A stretch of 61,790 bases of DNA, the filler included, from Globobulimina sp. (lineage: Eukaryota): NCBI GenBank assembly GCA_003354225.1. It is 25 parts of 25 records of this genome, joined end to end, with 100 filler letters (N's around TTAATTAATTAA, not from the genome) between each part and the next. Parts side by side here need not be neighbours in the genome. Positions count along the whole stretch, not along the records: positions 56,943 to 59,316 come from PIVH01007069.1; positions 59,417 to 61,790 come from PIVH01007070.1; 23 more parts are not named here. One strand, given 5' to 3'. Position 1 is the first letter of the stretch. Every line of letters starts with the position of its first letter. The notes under the pieces were generated by a model, which saw only the letters and a list, made by a program, of their open reading frames with translations, did no database searches and was not told the DNA's origin. Below are positions 57,509 to 61,790 of the stretch, one piece after another. The translations under genes were made by a program, and so were the position numbers.

Positions 57509-58675
57509 TTAATTCAGCAAACTCTCTAAGACTTTGATAACATGCGTTATTTCCTCATTCGTCAATGAAGATATCGATGTTATTTCCGTTTCTATTTCAT
57601 CGACACTCAATGGATACTTTTTCCTCATAATGATTTTATAGAGCAAGGGAACAAATCCACACATTAACATTTCCGCATCCATTCTATCGGTGACACCGCC
57701 ATGTCCGGGTATCAGTGATCCATAATTTTTCAATCCAAATGCTCGCTTATACCCAGAAGCTAAAAAGCCTCCAACCGGACAAACAGTAGCAACAAACAAT
57801 GATATCAATGCATTATATATTTGAAATGGCTCCGTATGTACTACATATCCATAAAAGTCGTATTCCATTTTAACAAATATTGCATCAACTTCGCACTCCA
57901 CCAAACCAAAAGAAAACTCATTCACTGGACAAAGCAACACATTGTATTTCATAAAAATGTGAGCCAAGCAATATCCAAATGGTATCGTCGCCATTCCACT
58001 GTAAACATAGCCTTCCCACGTTTTCTTTGGAGATAACAAAGTTAGCGGATGTTTGCCAAACAATTTACCAAAGACGTAGGCAAAAATATCATTTGCGACC
58101 ACAGTTAACATTGGCAACACAGTCCAGATAAGGCCATCGAAGGAAAGTCGCAGTGCGGGCGCGCTGATTGCGATTATTGCAACGCTGGATAAGGCCCACA
58201 CGAACTGACCGTACTGATACTGCAATAATTGAATAGTGGCGCTATGTTGATTTAATTTGACCGCAAAGCATATTAAGCCGAATAATGTCAAGATAAATGC
58301 AAATAGCAAATGGTTTTGAAATAGTAACAACAAAATCCGGTTATTTGATTGCAAGAAAAGATCCATTAACACCCAACCATCCAATATGAAGTGCCAAGTT
58401 ATTAAAATATACCATCGTAATTTATTCAAATATGGAACATGACGCTCCAATTCTGGCTGAATGCCAATAGACCAAACCTCAAAAGACACTGAAACCTAAT
58501 TATTTGAATTAATGTCATTCTGTTTGTTGACACGTGTCAGTATGGGCATAAATGTGCTAACTTGGACTGCCAACGTCATGAAGGCCACCGACAGACTGCC
58601 ATTGTAGATGATGACGCTAAACATAACAAACAGAGCATTCATGGAGAAAAACCTCCGCGTGTTCCAAAGGCCCAT
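57509..58675 (-). CDS. CDS1: Phosphatidate cytidylyltransferase (CDP-diacylglycerol synthase), complete, 2 exons
   Basis: NDIFAYVFG, LSPKKTWEG and SGYKRAFGLKNYGSLIPGHGGVTDRMD. Intron 58496-58561. Confidence 0.93.
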
Positions 58676-58780
58676 GTTGCGAATTTGTGATTGTAGAAAG
58701 ACTTAAACTGTTTTCAAGTTTTCTGTCCAGTCAGCTAGCCAGTCTTCAGTCAGTGTTTTAATGTTTGAGTAATTTAATAA

Positions 58781-59101
58781 ATGGATCTTTCTCGTCCACG
58801 AATAATAGATTTTTATGTTCAACTCGGTCAGTACGGTCACCGTCTATTATTATCCGAAGAGCCACACGACATCGACACGAACGGACATGATGTAGACACG
58901 AATGGACACGTATCCTCATCCGGATGTGAAATCGAAGAGGGCCATGTCGGCGGAGACCACGACATCGAGGAGGCCTTCCAACACATATACTTCGTAATGT
59001 TATTCATGGCCTGTCTATGGTTCATCGGCAAAGTATTTGCGCGCTGCGGTTTGCCCTCCTTAGTGGGTGAGATTGTGTGTGGCATTATTTTAGGACCGAC
59101 A
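58781..59101 (+). CDS. Cation/H+ antiporter (CPA2-like), 5' fragment with a His/acidic N-terminus
   Basis: GLPSLVGEIVCGIILGP is the CPA2 TM2 signature; also an HDIDTNG-HDVDTNG duplication. It is followed by GTAAGT (donor) and unrelated-looking sequence. Confidence 0.75.
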
Positions 59102-59710
59102 GTAAGTTCATCTCTGCAGAGTACGGCAGTTTGTTGGCTGAGATGTGCGAGAACCAGAGGGTGAAGAATGGACTCACCCCGCTGATGTTCTGGTGCGTCT
59201 ACATGAAGTGCCTACGATTGATGAACGCCTTCCGAATGAAATTCAAAGCCAGACAAGGAGGATTAAGCAATTATCGGTTTAATATCGAGTACGGGAGTCT
59301 GATGGGGATCAACCACNNNNNNNNNNNNNNNNNNNNNNNNNNNNNNNNNNNNNNNNNNNNTTAATTAATTAANNNNNNNNNNNNNNNNNNNNNNNNNNNN
59401 NNNNNNNNNNNNNNNNATAAATTATATTTATTATAATAATTAAGCACAACGACGATGATTAAACAGCTATACCATTGTCGTTGTAATACAGAATAGTATT
59501 TTCCTTCCGTTTATAACAAACGTGAACAGAGCTAATATTTCCCTTCGTTACTTTAGTAGTTTAAATAAACAAAGATGACTATTCATGGAATCATGGTATT
59601 GACACAGGTTATCTGTCATTGATTTAGACTCACTATCAGCACAAACACGCAATCTATTACGTATTAAACACTTTACAATCATAATCAGAAACCATTACTT
59701 TTCATTGAAA

Positions 59711-61345
59711 ATGCAAACAATTCATCGTAACGATTCATACTACGAAGAGTACAAAAGAACGCAAAACAATGGCAAAGAAAACAGGAATATGAATACGAAC
59801 AAACTAATGACAGATCGTAGCTCATATATGGCATTTTTAGAAGTTGAACTAGAACGTGTCTCCGCTGCATGTATGACAGTCCAAGCATACAAAGAACAAT
59901 TATCCGAAATAAATACTAATTACAATGATTTAGAAGAAAAACTAAAACAATATTCACGAGCATTAAAATTGTCGTCGACTGAAATGGATCGAAGAGACAA
60001 TGAAAACACGCATCAATTTGATAATATTGAATCGAGGATGAATATTATAGAAAGAAAACAAAATCAGATAGAAACAGATTGTAAAATGTTTTTAAATTCC
60101 GATATGCCGTCAATATACAATGAAGTTAAGAATATTGTAAAAAAACAATTAATTGATATTACTGAGAAATATGCTCACGTTGAAAAGCGATGCAATGAAA
60201 CGATACATGAACGGTTGGATGGATACAACAATGTTTATATTGCAATGGAAAAGAAAGTAAATCATTTATTCAATGAAAATCTATCCAAATATCACACAAA
60301 AATGATACAAAATAACGAAGAGATCAAATTATGGACAAAAAACTATATGAAACAATATTCGCAGGTCAATGTTGATGGAATACAGAGAATGAATGAAAAT
60401 ATAAAGACCGTCGACGATGCGTTAAACAAAAAAATAAAAAATTTGGAGTTTAATATGTTAACTGAACAGCCCAGATACATTAAAGAGTTTATTGCAGAAA
60501 ATGTTAAATCGATAATTAAAGATAATGACAAAAAAAATAATTTTAAATTTAATTTGCAAAATAAAACCGCAGAAAGAGCGGAATTAACATGTTCAAAAAT
60601 TGCTGACGATGTTTATAAAAGGCTACAAAATCAAAGATACGATTTGTTTGAACATATTAAAAATGTAGAAAATAGAGTTTGCAGTCAATTGAAGGATACA
60701 ATTCATTATATTGCTCATAAAGATAACAAAAAAAATATAGAAAATCAGGACAACAAACAAAATGGAGATAAAGTAGATTTATTAAGAAATGAAATATTGG
60801 ATTATCGATCGGAAATTGTACATTCTCAGCAAAAGTTAAGCAAATTAGAAAATAAATTTGACGAAAAATTAAAAAATATGCATTACCAAAATAATATCAA
60901 TGATAACAATAAATTAATTGAATTAAGCGATAAATACTCCGAAATACAAAACTCAATCAATTGTTTACAAGACGTGATAAATAAATATAACCCCGAACCA
61001 GAATTCAAAAGTAAAAAATCTAACAAAAAATCTACAAAACATAAAAATAAAAATAGAAAAAGTAAAAAAAATAAAAAACACATAGCCAATGATTTTGCCA
61101 CAAAATTATTAAATGAATGTAGATCCGATAGCTCTTTAAATGAATATAGATTGCCGTCTCATTTAACTCCACATTTCAGTGATTTGGACAATTTGGTGGA
61201 ATGTGTGCTTGTAACTGATAAAATTGATAAAAAGCATTCCGATTTAAATGAACTAAATAAAGCAAAGACATCTACAAATTCAAAAAGAAAAAAAATACAG
61301 AAAACATCATGTCCGTCATCAATACAAAAACCTTTATGGAAATAA
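59711..61345 (+). CDS. Long coiled-coil protein of unknown function
   Basis: 544-codon ORF with heptad periodicity, an N-terminal block YMAFLEVELERVSAAC and a Lys-rich C-terminal region. Confidence 0.75.
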   Translation: MQTIHRNDSYYEEYKRTQNNGKENRNMNTNKLMTDRSSYMAFLEVELERVSAACMTVQAYKEQLSEINTNYNDLEEKLKQYSRALKLSSTEMDRRDNENTHQFDNIESRMNIIERKQNQIETDCKMFLNSDMPSIYNEVKNIVKKQLIDITEKYAHVEKRCNETIHERLDGYNNVYIAMEKKVNHLFNENLSKYHTKMIQNNEEIKLWTKNYMKQYSQVNVDGIQRMNENIKTVDDALNKKIKNLEFNMLTEQPRYIKEFIAENVKSIIKDNDKKNNFKFNLQNKTAERAELTCSKIADDVYKRLQNQRYDLFEHIKNVENRVCSQLKDTIHYIAHKDNKKNIENQDNKQNGDKVDLLRNEILDYRSEIVHSQQKLSKLENKFDEKLKNMHYQNNINDNNKLIELSDKYSEIQNSINCLQDVINKYNPEPEFKSKKSNKKSTKHKNKNRKSKKNKKHIANDFATKLLNECRSDSSLNEYRLPSHLTPHFSDLDNLVECVLVTDKIDKKHSDLNELNKAKTSTNSKRKKIQKTSCPSSIQKPLWK

Positions 61346-61790
61346 ATATATTATTTTGTTTGTATAGTAATAATATGCTATTAAATTGTAGAATGTACCA
61401 GTTAGGGGTTGTTCTTATAATTATTTGTTCTTATTATAAATTGGAACCTAGGACCTAGGTATTATTAATTGCAAGAACTGTAGCCTTATCTGCTATGTGT
61501 GATCCACAGAAAGAGCATCCGCTTTTCAGCTCATATTTTTATTTTTCATCGTCAGAAGAGAACTAAAAATTATGTATAGGTTTAATCTGACGTTGAAAAC
61601 CGGAATGCTCTTTATATTGCAATCCGTATTTTTAATTGACAACTTTTGATTAATGTAAATGTTTGTTGTGTCATTAAATATGATGTTAACGTTTACGTGC
61701 ACTCATAGCTCAGTTGTGTCATTAAATATGTCTTGTTCTTCATCGGCTTTTCGTATGAATGTATCCATTCGTTTAATTGCTGCTTTGGTT

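Noticed and set aside
2378-59416. Regularly spaced TTAATTAATTAA repeats as a biological array, and gene neighbourhoods across them
   Set aside because: They are identical N-padded six-frame-stop linkers between length-sorted contigs, so they are artificial.
61541-61558. Hammerhead ribozyme core (minus strand CTGACGA-T-GAAA)
   Set aside because: There is no room for stem II and no flanking stems I or III.

Overview
This window is not one continuous locus. It is 25 unrelated contigs of about 2374-2377 nt, sorted by length and joined by an artificial 100-nt linker (44 N + TTAATTAATTAA + 44 N), so adjacency across linkers means nothing. Most of the DNA comes from an AT-rich, gene-dense protist with short spliceosomal introns (about 53-183 nt) and very short intergenic spacers. 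Gene repertoire and intron style suggest a foraminiferan or other rhizarian, which is inference and not a database result. Several contig ends switch abruptly to bacterial-like fragments (M16 peptidase pair, serine resolvase, possible PilT piece), best explained as amplification or assembly chimeras. Recognisable genes include LCB1, eIF4A-III, G-alpha, RFT1, kynureninase, RabGGTase alpha, CDP-DAG synthase, a kinesin, a carboxylesterase, a DHAR/CLIC-like GST, an acyl-CoA ligase, TM2 proteins and a TM-RGS protein. The main leads are: (1) a portable ~30-aa L[IV]xG[FY][IV]RE...[IF][PG]x[DEQ][IL]..F module attached to a pseudokinase, an actin-like protein and a MYND/propeller protein, a candidate lineage-specific ubiquitin-ligase adaptor tag; (2) an apparent AT-AG intron bounded by TTTAG direct repeats in kynureninase; (3) a small mitochondrial-type gene with several candidate alternative terminal exons; (4) unusual fusions (dienelactone hydrolase-cystatin, MIF4G-RCC1, SAM-SAM-Rab, LOTUS-RRM); and (5) a non-coding contig full of hairpins with strand-biased G.U pairing and a 261-nt C-free tract. 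All domain calls are by eye from motifs; no searches were run.
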